Positions 50,701-62,500 of a stretch of 64,000 bases of DNA are shown here, one piece after another (position 1 is the stretch's first letter; each line of letters starts with the position of its first letter). A program made the translations under genes and the position numbers. The notes beneath the pieces were generated by a model that saw nothing but the letters and a program-made list of their open reading frames with translations, was not told where the DNA came from and searched no databases. This DNA comes from Mytilus trossulus (Eukaryota): assembly GCF_036588685.1 (NCBI RefSeq), contig NC_086377.1, positions 11,718,001-11,782,000 of the forward strand, read 5' to 3'.

Positions 50701-53700
50701 CTGCTTTACTAACGCCATTGTATAACTATCGTCATATTATAGATTGCATTTATAATTGTTTTTTTTATACTTATCTGTGTGCTACTTGACACTTACAGGC
50801 TGAAAAATAAAAAAAACCAACATTGAATACAGCATTATATTGAATTATAAGCATAACGACATGGCAAAATTAAAATACACAACTCATCAAAAATGAATGG
50901 ACAAGAATTGTCATATTCCTGACTTGGTACAGACATTTTTTAAATGTAAAAAATGGTGGAATAACATCTGGTTCTAAAGCGCTAACCCTCTCACTTTGAT
51001 AACAGTCTCATCAAATTCCGTTATATTTACAATGATGCGTTAACTAAACAAACATAATAAATAATATAATCAAAATATGGGAAAAGCAGGCATCATCGTG
51101 TACCAATTTTAAAAGGAACAAGTTAACAGAACACAAAAACATCTATCTACAAACACATTCATTCATTTGCGTGAAACTGTGTAAATGTTGTCGCTATTTA
51201 AACGATGCTTAAATATAAAAAAATGACAAACCAAATTGTGAGCATGAATATCTCCACAAAAGATGTAAATGACTGTTTAAAGCGTATTATAATCTCTTTA
51301 GTTTTGGCTTTCAAACGTTTTTCATCTGAGCATAGTTTTGTGTGGATGTAACTCACGTCTGGCGTATAATTTTATCCTGTTACCTTTTTATGGCCATTAT
51401 TCGTTTACTTTCTCCGATCTATTTATTGTAGCCCTGTCGTGTAATGTTGTCATTTTAATGTTTTAACTAACATTGCCACAAAACCAGGTTCAGCCCATCA
51501 TTATTTCATAAAACACTTCTAAAATATTTCTCTTCATAAAATGGTACTAGTATATTTTTTTGTTAAACTTTACTACTCTGCTTACGCCATTTTAGAACTA
51601 TCGTTATATTATAAATTGCATATATAATTGTTTTCTATACTTATGTGTTTTCTACTTGACACTTACTTGCTGAAAAAATAAAAAAAATAATCACTGAAGA
51701 CAGCATAATATTGAATTATAGTTCAAAAACGTTGACCTTGAGTTGATTTAACCATATGCATTTATGTTGATATGTTAATAAAGTTCTCCAAATGAATTTT
51801 TTTTTATACTTTTTGGCTTTCCCCATCTCTGCTTTCAGTGTCTCTTATGCAGTATAATCTATGAAAGAGGACTGAAAGGTACTAGAGGGAAAGTCAAACT
51901 CATAAACTGAAAATGTCTGATTTGTTCCGCTTTGCTATAAAACATGACTCAAAATACTGATTTTGTTTTTGTGTATACTGCTGTTTGTCATGGCATTGCC
52001 TCCTTGTAGACGTACCTGTCTGAGATACATCATTAAATTGACATGATTATTTATTAACTTAGTAGTCTACTACTACCATTATAACAAAACCTTATATTAT
52101 AAATTGCTTATGTCCATACCTATTTCCTTGCCTAACTTGACACTAAATTGAGGGAAAACTCATACAAATATAACCATAGAAAAAAGCATACAATTTAGCA
52201 ATGAGATTTACCATCGACAATAGAAGAATACCAAAGGTATTTTTGATAGTAGAATATTTTGAAGTGACGGCTTGTTGTGGCAGATTATTAAATTAGTATA
52301 TAAATCAAGTATGTCAAACATTGGAATGTGGTATACAGTATGTGGTTGACTTAAACGTGTCGCTTTATAGATTTAAAAATCATTTAAGAACTAAGGTTGT
52401 ACCACATAAAAGTAAAGTTGAACTGAGGTTGAGTAATCTTGTTTTGCTTATGTTTTTTATAGTCAACTATTTAAACTATTTCGGTTATCATATGTCATTG
52501 GCTTTAAACATTTCTGGTTATACCGTTTTAACGAAGCTATATCATCTGACTCTTATGTTGACGGATAGCACGTCTGTATGACATTATTTATATGGTATGT
52601 GTATTGTAGTGCCTATTCTTTTTACTAACAATATTACATCAAACAACTTCTATTATGAATTGCATAATTTTGTAAATGTAAGCTTTACTTATCTGTTTGC
52701 TACTTGTAACTTACTAGCTGAAAAATGCAAATAATAATTATACACTACAGCATACAATTCAGCAATGAAGTAAAACAACTTCAGTAGAATTACTTGAATA
52801 AGTATCAATATCATACATTTTAAAATGAATTGTGTTATTTCAGATGATTGAAAAGTTTAGTTTATATTGATGTCAATTATTGATACGTGATATTTATGTG
52901 ATTTTTGGATTGGTACATCAAGACTTTCGAAAGACACTTTGGTGTTTTCATCCTAAAAAAGTTGACGTAAGTTAGTTATAATCATATTGATGCATTTTTT
53001 CCATAGACACATACTTCAACAGGTTTGGTACCTTTGATAACTATTTACACCACTGGGTCGATGCCTCTGGTGGACGTTTCGTCCCCGAGGGTATCACCAG
53101 CCCAGGAGTCAGCACTTCGGTGTTGACATGAATATCAACTCAGGATTTTCTTATCCCAGGCATAGATTACATTAGCCGTATTTGGCACAACTTTTTTGAA
53201 ATTTTGGATCCTCAGTGCTCTTCAATTTTGTATTTGTTTGGTTTATAACTATTTTGATATGAGCGTCACTGATGAGTCTTATGTAGACGAAAAGCGCGTC
53301 TGGCGTACTAAATTATAATCCTGGTACCTTTGATAACTATTTACACCACTGGGTCGATGCCTCTGCTGGTGGACGTTTCGTCCCCGAGGGTATCACCAGC
53401 CCAGTAGTCAGCACTTCGGCGTTGACATGAATATCAATTATGTGGTCATTTATATAAATTTCCTGTTTACAAAACTTTGAATTTTTGAAAAACTAAGGAT
53501 TTTCTTATCCCAGGCATAGATAACCTTAGCCGTATTTGGCACAACTTTTTTCGAATTTTGGATCCTCAATGCTCCTCAACTTTGTATTTGTTTGGTTTAT
53601 AGGTATTTTGATATGAGCGTCACTGATGAGTCTTATGTAGACGAAACGCGCGTCTGGCGTACTAAATTATAATCCTGGTACCATTGATAACTATTGGCCA

Positions 53701-56700
53701 TTAAACGTAGAAATGTTAGATAGGAAAATTTAAAATCAAATTTAAGAACATTTTTTGTCCATTGTATATGTTTTCTATCTACGTTTTACCTATTTTGAAA
53801 GAATTCAATCAATAATATTTCAGGATTAGAAAACAGAAATGCATTTTTTTTCTATATTCAGTAATAAAAAACAACAAGCAAAACATGTATATCAAATTTC
53901 AACAATTGTGTTCACTAAATAGGTAAAACAAGAGTAAAGAAAACAAGGATGTCTTTTTACTGTAGAGCACACATGTAATGAGGTAATTACGCCTTTAGTA
54001 AATGCTTCATGTATGTCATGTCTTTAAAATGTTTCACAAACATATTTACATTTAATTGAAATAGATTTTAATTGCAAATATGGTACGCATTTTTTGTCTA
54101 TTGTATATGCTTTCTATCTAACGTTTTACCTTTTTTGAAGGAATTTAATCAGTAATATTTCAGAATTGGAATTAAAAAAAAAAACGAGGATGTATGAGTA
54201 CCGACACCGTATGACAAAAATACCTAAAATTGATAACTAAATTCATCTTAAGTCAACTTTGCAAGAGGGAGTGGAAACCGTAGTTTCTAAATCATTTCAA
54301 AATTTATAAATGGACAATTTTAGAAAAGTTTGTTATGTTAAGTTATGTCAGTAACTAAGTACTGACTATTTATCGACGTTGTCAGTGTATATTAGACTTA
54401 TAAAACTAAATAGATATAGGAAGATGTGGTATGAGTGTCAATGAGTCAATTCTCCATTCAAATAACAATTTATAAAAGTAAACCATTATAGGTCAAAGTA
54501 CGGCCTTCAACACGGAGCCTTGGCCCACACATAACAACAAGCAATAAAGAGCCTCAAAATTACTAGACGTATAACCATTCAAACGGGAAAAACAACGGTA
54601 TAATCTATATAAAAGAACGAGAAACGTAAAACACGTATACATTACATAAACAAATGACAACTACTGTACATCAGATTTCTGACTTAGGACAGGTACAAAC
54701 ATTTGCTGCGGGCTTAAACGTTTAAATGGTACCAAACCTTCCCCCCGTCTTTTTCTGAAACATTAGTATAACATCACAACAAAGACAAACACACGATAAA
54801 ATATCATTCGAAAGGATTAACTCAATCCAAAAACGTAAACTAACTGTATGTTTGGTATCGTTTGAAGACGGGACACACGTTTATCAACATAATTTTAATC
54901 CTGATATTTTGTTAATACGTCTTTGATTGTGTAATATGTTTGCACTGGTAGTGCATTGCTAATTTCATACAATATACTTATCTGTGTGGTACATTATACT
55001 TACATTTTACTGAAACAATAAAAAAAATTATTTTCTTTACTAAGGCAAACAAGTGTTAATAATTTAATACTTTCAACATGTTCAATATAGAAAAAAAGTC
55101 ATTTTTTTATACTAGTAGTTATATTAGGCCGCGTTCACACCAAACGCCGTGTACAGTAAACATGTTTACATTTGGTTTAATGTGATGTAAGCTATTTTCA
55201 CATTAAATTTGTTCACATCTATACACCTTGTTAGGCTACCTGAACACACGATTTGTTCACACTTGTAAACTAAATGTCATTTAAATGTTCATTACGTAGA
55301 ACCGAATTTAAATTTTCGAACATCTTTTCAAGCAGATAGGGAACGACCATTTGACTTTAAAAAAAAGGGGGATGGATTTTTCAACAATTAGATTAAAAAA
55401 CAATCGGGTCATTCAGATGATTAGAATGAACACATATTCTGAATCCAAAGTTTTCCCATACATTATAGTATTAAATATTGAATTGGTACCATCGAAAAAA
55501 TCCAACTAATTTTAAACTTTCGCGCCAGAAAGATTCTGACTCAGAACCCCGTCTTATTTTTGAGTAAAGTGGTTGCTCCTTTAAGAAAGTCATTTTGGAT
55601 GATTTGCAGTAGTTTAAAGATGTCTCGGTTGCGCATTTAAACGCAGGCTCGCTATCAGCGTGCTTACAGAAGAAGAAAAAGAATTGCGATGTTAAGGATC
55701 ACTATATTTATATCTTTTCTGTTTGTTTCAAATGGTATTTTTTCTCCAAGGAGTATTTAGCAAAGGGAGTGGGTTATGTTTTTTTTTTATTATTTCTAAT
55801 TGTATTTTAACGGATCTGAGATACTACACAAACAAACAATTAACTTCACCCTTTTTTCAGTAATGCATGTATGAGTGAATCGTTGTTTGACTATAAAGAC
55901 CAGTGGCAAATATTTCTGTCAGTGTGTACGTCCAACCGATTCAGGAAGACCTTTTCAACTGAATCATGTGTTCGGCAATTATAATGAATGAGTCTTGATT
56001 CGGGATTAATAAGGCTGCGTAAAGTGTTTTTATAACAAATAAATATATAAAATTTAGACAAATAGTTCTGCAAAGAACTTTATTTATAAGTGTCATAAAT
56101 ATCCATTTTATATGAAAAATGTTTCTTTTTGAAATATACATGAGAAAATTAAAGTTCTGAATGCCTAGATTTGTGTTCACTTAACCTATACAAGGCCTAC
56201 ATCGACTATCGACTGCATGTAGACAAAACATGATTTACACTACATGTAAACATTGAGTTTTATCAATGGGAACGTAGTTGTGTTTAGTTTATGTGTGAGT
56301 TACACTTACACAACACCGAGTTTAGGTCAATGTGAACACGGCCTTAGTTGAATATTTTGAAAGAAAAGAGTAAACGTCTCATATGTAATGTCCTTTATCA
56401 AATTCAAAACAATATATATTGAAAAACCATTTTTTTATCACACAGTTTAGATTTAATACATGCATTTTATAATTGCTTTATTGAAATGTGTTCTTTTTTC
56501 CTTTAGGATTCCAAAAAAAATTCAGGTTAAGAGGTTTTATGTCTGTAAAATAACATATCAGATCACCGACAATCTTAAATGGAAAGTACTTTATCAAATG
56601 GCAAATCAAAGACCTAAATGCATCAGCCAAATACATCCATTTGTCATATTCCTGACCAGGTATAGGGATTTCCTTTACGAAAATGAGGGATTAAACCTGG

Positions 56701-58871
56701 TTGTACAACTAACTTAACCGATAATCTGCATGACAGTCGCACATAATGTCATTATATGAGCAACAATGTGTGAGCGAAACAAATTTAATATGTTAAAAGG
56801 GGACTATGTTTTTTTCAATTCCAGTATAATAAATATCAATTGTTCATTTTCTCAAAGGATATTTTCAACAAGATACAATGGGCATTCGAAAATCATAAAA
56901 GACAATAAAAGCATTCATCTCCTTGACATAAAAAGACAGCACTTTTCAAACAAACCATGGACAACTCAGTTGTAACATTTGTCGTGTTGCTCATGTTAGA
57001 ATCTAGTTTTTTGGGGAGTAAAATAAAACAAATTGTTGTTCGGAAAAATGTCACATATCCATGGTTATTATCATAACAATATTTGATTCAACGTCCTCTG
57101 TGCTATCAATAATCCCCAATCAAGAAAATCACGAAAAGTTATAAATCGCTTAGTGAAATTAATAAATCAAATTGTTGAAATCTCAAAGACCTGGTAAAAC
57201 ACCTCATAAATTAAAAATCGTAAACATGATTAGCTTCAACAATTTCCAGCTGTTATCATAAATATCTTGTTTAAATATTGCAGCACGTATCTTATGGTCA
57301 GTGTTTAATAAATTATTCTTTTATTTAATGTGTAATAGCAAAACGATCATGTGAATCAGATACACAATATGTAAACCTTGTCTACAGTAGATGACTATTT
57401 TTATAATAGACGTAGATAATACTTACACATTAACTCTCTTTTCCTGTCTGAAAGATAAAACAGATGGTGTCAGTGGTACATGTTCACGCACAATTTGTCT
57501 AAACAAACATACTGAAAGATATGCTGCTGGTCAATGTAAAATTATGACGCGTTTTTATTATTGAGAACTGTGGTCAAGTTCTTCGATGTTGTTCTGGAAA
57601 TTTCAATCAAACGAAGCTGTAATATTTTACCAGGAAATGAGTATAGTATTGTTAGACAAATTTTAAGTCGTCCTCGCACCATACATGTTTCTCTTTAAGA
57701 ATGACATCTATATACAGTTGAGAATGGAAATGATGAATGTGTCAAAGAGACAAAAACCAGACTTCAGAGTAACAAAAGGACAACGACCACCAATGGATCT
57801 GTAACACAGCGATAAAGTCCTGCAAGTTCCGTGAAAATAAACGTCATTCATATCTCCAATCACATTAAAGAACTGAAATTAAAATTGAAAAGACAAACAA
57901 AGACCATTTTCCTGAATTCAGAAACACGCAAAAATGCGGTGGCGTCAGAGAAGTTTAGTGAGATCCCAACTTTCCATATGCTTACATATCAAAGTATTTA
58001 CAAGTTGAGATGTAGAATTCTGCTCTTAAACACTCTTTCTGTTTTTTTTCCATTGATGGGTTTAACAGATTGCTAAAACATTGCAAACATCTACAATGTA
58101 TGTGGCTTTGAATAAGAACAAATGACAAAAGTCGCATTTTCGAAGACAAAACATATTCTGCACTTCATTGAAATTATGGAATAAACATGTGTTGTCTTCA
58201 TAAATTTGATACGCCATATGATGTAAATATTCAATTTTGTGTCATGTCTATAGAAACAATAATAATGAACTTACCGACAGTTGATACATCTAAACAGGTT
58301 TTTCCCTTGCTCCTTTGGCATCACATCCTGTTTGTATTCACTGTAATAAGCAACACTATTGATTGACATACAATTTACTCTTTTCGAAGATGATATTAAA
58401 ATCCAACAAGCTCTTACTAACTGATACACATATAAACAGTGCAAAAATATCAAAAAGGCATTTGAAATATATACGAGAGTCATAAACCAAGTTAATGAAT
58501 CTCGAATTAGGTGAAATAATAATCTATAAGAAAATATAAATCCGCTCACACCCAGACAGAACTGCAATTGTGTTTAACAGAAAGATATATTGCTTAAATT
58601 CAAAGAGGTTTCCAATGGTTTGTCAATACGTTGCGTGCCTAATGTTTGACAAGACCTTTTAATTAACTTCGACTTTTTATTTAGCTGTAATAGTCTTATT
58701 GGTGTATGTCGTTCCTTTAAAACAAATCGGATGACATCACCAAAACAATATAAAAGATTACACCAACAAGGAAACAATTGATTAAAGTCATTCTTTTTTT
58801 TTATATGTTCTAAATCCTCATAGAATTATTCCTAATTTGCATACACTTTTCCCTCTCTTTCCCTGTCTGTC
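47732..58871 (-). CDS. Micro-exon gene encoding a small C4 zinc-ribbon-like protein (at least 10 exons; 5' end unresolved)
   Basis: Exons 58871-58845, 58340-58275, 57447-57427, 55009-55004, 52717-52715, 51669-51667, 50799-50797, 49307-49302, 48875-48861 and 47759-47732. All have a pyrimidine tract plus AG; donors are GTAAGT (one GTATGC); all introns are phase 2. Joined, they read ...TDREREGKVEYKQDVMPKEQGKNLFRCINCRQEKRVNVKIYNLCQCSCGGFMSYIKEH*. Confidence 0.8.
48861..48875 (-). CDS. 15-nt micro-exon ATGTTCATGTGGCGG (CSCGG)
   Basis: CTTTTCTCATTGTAG | exon | GTAAGT. Confidence 0.8.
49302..49307 (-). CDS. 6-nt micro-exon TTGTCA
   Basis: TTTTATATTTTTCAG | TTGTCA | GTAAGT. Confidence 0.8.
50098..50170. 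repeat. 11-bp tandem repeat (AATCATATAGC), ~6.5 copies
   Basis: Directly visible in the sequence. Confidence 0.9.
50797..50799 (-). CDS. 3-nt micro-exon CCT
   Basis: TTTTTTTATTTTTCAG | CCT | GTAAGT. Confidence 0.75.
51667..51669 (-). CDS. 3-nt micro-exon CAA
   Basis: TTTTTTATTTTTTCAG | CAA | GTAAGT. Confidence 0.75.
52715..52717 (-). CDS. 3-nt micro-exon CTA
   Basis: TTTGCATTTTTCAG | CTA | GTAAGT. Confidence 0.75.
53263..53306 (+). ncRNA. Minimal type I hammerhead ribozyme, stem III mismatch
   Basis: GCGTCA-CTGATGA-GTCT.TATGT.AGAC-GAAA-AGCGCG-TC^TGGCGT. Confidence 0.8.
53617..53660 (+). ncRNA. Minimal type I hammerhead ribozyme, intact
   Basis: Stem I GCGTCA/TGGCGT, core CTGATGA...GAAA, stem II GTCT/AGAC, and a minimal stem III with a palindromic GCGC loop. 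GUC cleavage is predicted after 53654. Confidence 0.92.
55004..55009 (-). CDS. 6-nt micro-exon TAAAAT
   Basis: TTTTTTATTGTTTCAG | TAAAAT | GTAAGT. Confidence 0.78.
55127..56343. mobile_element. Non-autonomous PIF/Harbinger-like element with a nested MITE (~55337-55583)
   Basis: TIR GGCCG(C/T)GTTCACA with a TTA TSD at 55124-55126 and 56344-56346. The nested element starts TAGGGAACGACCATTTGA, related to the end at about 1895-1915. Confidence 0.8.
57427..57447 (-). CDS. 21-nt micro-exon (QEKRVN)
   Basis: TGTTTTATCTTTCAG | ACAGGAAAAGAGAGTTAATGT | GTAAGT. Confidence 0.8.
58275..58340 (-). CDS. 66-nt exon of the micro-exon gene (EYKQDVMPKEQGKNLFRCINC), contains the candidate start ATG
   Basis: CTTATTACAG | exon | GTAAGT. 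Only the phase-2 frame is open. Confidence 0.8.
58845..58871 (-). CDS. 27-nt micro-exon (coding TDREREGK, or 5' UTR)
   Basis: TTTTTTATTGTTTGTAG | GACAGACAGGGAAAGAGAGGGAAAAGT | GTATGC. Confidence 0.6.
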
Positions 58872-59404
58872 CTACAAACAATAAAAAACTAAATGAAATG
58901 ACGAACTATTTTAATTGAACCATTCATAAAACAGCATATTTGTAATCTCGTTTCAACTTGTTGAAAAACTATATACGATTTCTCCAATCATTTTGTAATG
59001 ACTGATAGTTCTCAATTATACTATAAAATCGAAACCACTTGTACTAATTTTATGTGCATTTCGGGAATGTGACTGATTAAACCATTCACCCGTCAACAAA
59101 AGTCGATTGTGAAAGTGATTACTGGAATACTGGATTCGTTAATCTACAGTCTACTGTCAATGTGACTGCTGAATCGTTTACCATTTCATCAACAGTCGAT
59201 TGTAAATGTGAATGATCAAGTGGTTGAACTCCTCAAGACGACAGTCCATTGCGAATAACTTTGTGAATCGATAATATGTTAAAAAGAGTTAAAAATATCA
59301 CAAAGAGGACATTTCCATATGAGGAAAGATATGATATACGAAGACTATTTACAAAAGTACAGACTACACTTAACAAAACAGTATGACTTTGTTATTATTG
59401 TTGT

Positions 59405-59580
59405 AAAAGAAGAGGGACGAATGATACAAAAGGGACAGTCTAACTCATAAATCTAAAACAAACTGACATCGCCATGTCTAAAAATGAAACAGACAAACAG
59501 AAACGCAATAGTACACATGACACAACATAGAAAACTAAAGATTAAACAACACGAACCCCACCAAAAACTAGGGGTGATAT
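59405..59580 (+). mobile_element. Interspersed repeat family (GAAGAGGGACGAA.GATAC.AAAGGGACAGTC end)
   Basis: Homologues at about 2095-2228(-), 22440-22610(-), 41835-41995(-), 42310-42420(+) and 51865-51915(+). Confidence 0.75.
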
Positions 59581-62500
59581 GGCGTCTTTTGATTGCCTCA
59601 ATAGTTAAGATAACTGTGATGAATGACTTTTATATTTTGGTTATATCGTTTAAGTTTAAAGAGTTTCTAAATATTTCAACTAGATAAGCAGGCACGTTTT
59701 AACGAAAATTAAATGCAACAAAATCTTACCACTATTGAAAAGAATTTATGATACTAGTATGCGTTTGCATATCATAAAAAGACAAATTTACTTATATGTA
59801 ATCGTGCTCGAGCCAGTGTGTTCTAACGTACTTAGTGGAAAAACGCGGAGATACATAAACCATAGAGGCATTCTATAAGTATAAACAGGTTTTAAATATA
59901 TATTAACTAGACAAACTGGCACATTTTAACGAGCAGTATATTAACTGAAATTAGATGCAACAAAATCTAAACCCTATTGAAAAAATGTATGCTACTAGTA
60001 TGCGTGTGTATATCATAAGAAGACTTATTTTATTGTGTAATTCACTCAAACATTTGATAACAAGTTAACATTGTCAATTACGTAAATCTAAAAACTGTAA
60101 AATATACAAATATATTTCCCTACCTCTTGGGTGAAGGCAGTTCATGGTTTGTTGTGTACGCATTTCACTAATAAAAGACAACTGAAATTTTCACATTTTT
60201 TTTCAAAGGTTTTGTCAAGTGTCAGGAGTATAACAGTTGTTAACACATTTTCTTTGTATGTTGGCGTTTGTTTTTGTAGCAGTACTGTGTTAATGTTGTG
60301 CTGTTGCTTTTCACTTGTAGTTGATGGGTGTTTCCCTCAGTTTTGTTCTGATTTTTTCTCAGTTTAATCGACATATTACTACTATAAAGCGGTATACTTT
60401 TATCGTCGTTATTTCTTTTATAATATTGCATAAAATGCATGAAATTAGAATAACATATTTAAATAACGAGAAAAACAGATAAGTCTGTTCTTGTTTGAAA
60501 GCAAGTATTTTTGCATTTCAATATATGTTTACATATTGTCAAGATTGGTAAATGTACATGTATCAATACAACTTAAACTGTACACTGCCATTTATCTACT
60601 GGAGCACATTTTGAATCCATAAAATTGAACAATACATGTGTAATGAACACATACATGTATTTCATGAATTATCTCCCCTTCGACTGTCATATCATATCCA
60701 GACATAAGTTGATATTAAAAAAAAACTACTTATATGTGATTTTTCAAAAATACGTTTCTCATCTAAATACTATGGTTATATTAGAGCTTTCTTACAAATT
60801 TACGAAAGGTACGTATGCTTGACGAATCATACGCAAAACTCGTTTTAGGGAGCCTTTATTTTGACATATTTAAATAGTCCTGGGACTTTGAACAATTATC
60901 CTACATGCAATTACACTTATTAAACGGATTTTTTCTTGACAAGTACACAAAAACTGTCGCATTGGAAGAGAAAGCAGATTCTGCTCTACATGACAATGCA
61001 ATTCTGCTTACTCTTACATAACATACACCATTTGAAGATACATGTATGTGCCTGTTTCAAGTCAGGAGCCTATAATTCAGTGGTTGTCGTTTGTTAATAT
61101 GTTACATATTTGTTTTTCGATAAAAAAATAAATTATATAGATAAGGCAGATTGTTTTATCGTTTGAATTGTTTTATATTGTCATATCGGGGCCTTTTATA
61201 GCTGATTATGTATTATGAGCTTTCCTCCTTGTTGAAAGCCGTACGATGACCTATAGTTGTTTATGTCTGTGTCGTTTTAGTCTCTTGTGGACAGTTGTGT
61301 CATTGGCAATCATACCACATCTTCTTTTTTCTATGTCCTCTCTTCCAATATGAATGAGGGAAGAAAATAAATAAACACAAGAAACTTCAAAGTTAACCGT
61401 TGAATACCAACAAGAAATTGATATCGTTCATGTTTTCTCAAAACTAGTCCCAGTATTTTAAAGTATATTAAGCAAAAGAAAAGGCATGTTGGGACCTTTC
61501 AACATAACATTGACAAACAATCAAACAAAAACACAAATACATTATTTGTTTAACTTAATGTTTACTTACTGTTCTAAATCGATTTGTGAAATGAAGGATT
61601 ATTAGTGCAACAAAACAGAAATCAAAATATTACATCCCGTAAAAGAGATAAAGGCAACATAAGTATACCGCTGTTCAAAACTCATAAATCGTAAAAAATA
61701 ATCCTGGTTACAACGTAATGTAAAATGTAGCATATTAATCTATTGCAATAAAAATTCATAATTTCAAATAAAATTTGTAGATTTAGCTAACTAGTTCCTT
61801 ATATTAGTATAAAATAACATTCGTTTATAGTGGAACATTGTTTTAACAATGTATTAGCTACAATTAAAATTTGCTTGCTAGTCCCTCTCTGTGATCGCAA
61901 AAAGATAACTCTGACTCATTTCCCAATTCCCAGTGGAAGATACTAGCAGGCAAAATCGAGGGAATTGTGCAAATGATGATACAAGCATGAAAATTACCAC
62001 AAAGCATCATTATTACATACTTTTGAAGAAACAACTGCTGGCCATTAAAAAAAAATAAATTTCAAGATGGCCACCGCCGTTTTATCAAATGGCTGTTTTT
62101 TTCAGTTTAAAAATACTGATTTTTTTCTGGAAAACTTTTCGTTTACCTTCTTTTAGTGAAAAACAGCTGTCAGGTTTGGTAGCTTCCTTCTTAACATGTG
62201 AATAATTCACAAGACATGAGTATTTGACACATACAGGGTTTGCACATGCGCGAAAATGTAACAAAATTCATTAAAAAATATTTTAACTATTTACTATAAA
62301 ATAATTGATTTGGGATTTTCACTGATATTATGATTTGGTTTGATAACATTTTTCAAGGTTATGACTCGCATGATTTAACAAATTTGCGCATGCGCAAACT
62401 ATTTATAGACATAATGAGTGATTTGTATGCACTACCAGGGCAAACTGGTATAAATCGTAGTTCATCTCATTACGCGAAAAAGCAAGTATTACTAAAATAT

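Larger units (their letters stand above)
53026..53695 (+). mobile_element. Non-LTR retrozyme tandem (296-nt deleted unit plus 354-nt full unit)
   Basis: TGGTACC(T/A)TTGATAACTATT recurs at 53026, 53322 and 53676. Each unit carries a type I hammerhead motif. Confidence 0.9.

Noticed and set aside
52016-52019. Candidate 4-nt micro-exon (CAG|ACAG|GTACGT), and a 2-nt candidate near 59730
   Set aside because: Weak or ambiguous splice context, frame-breaking lengths, and no shared cassette flanks.
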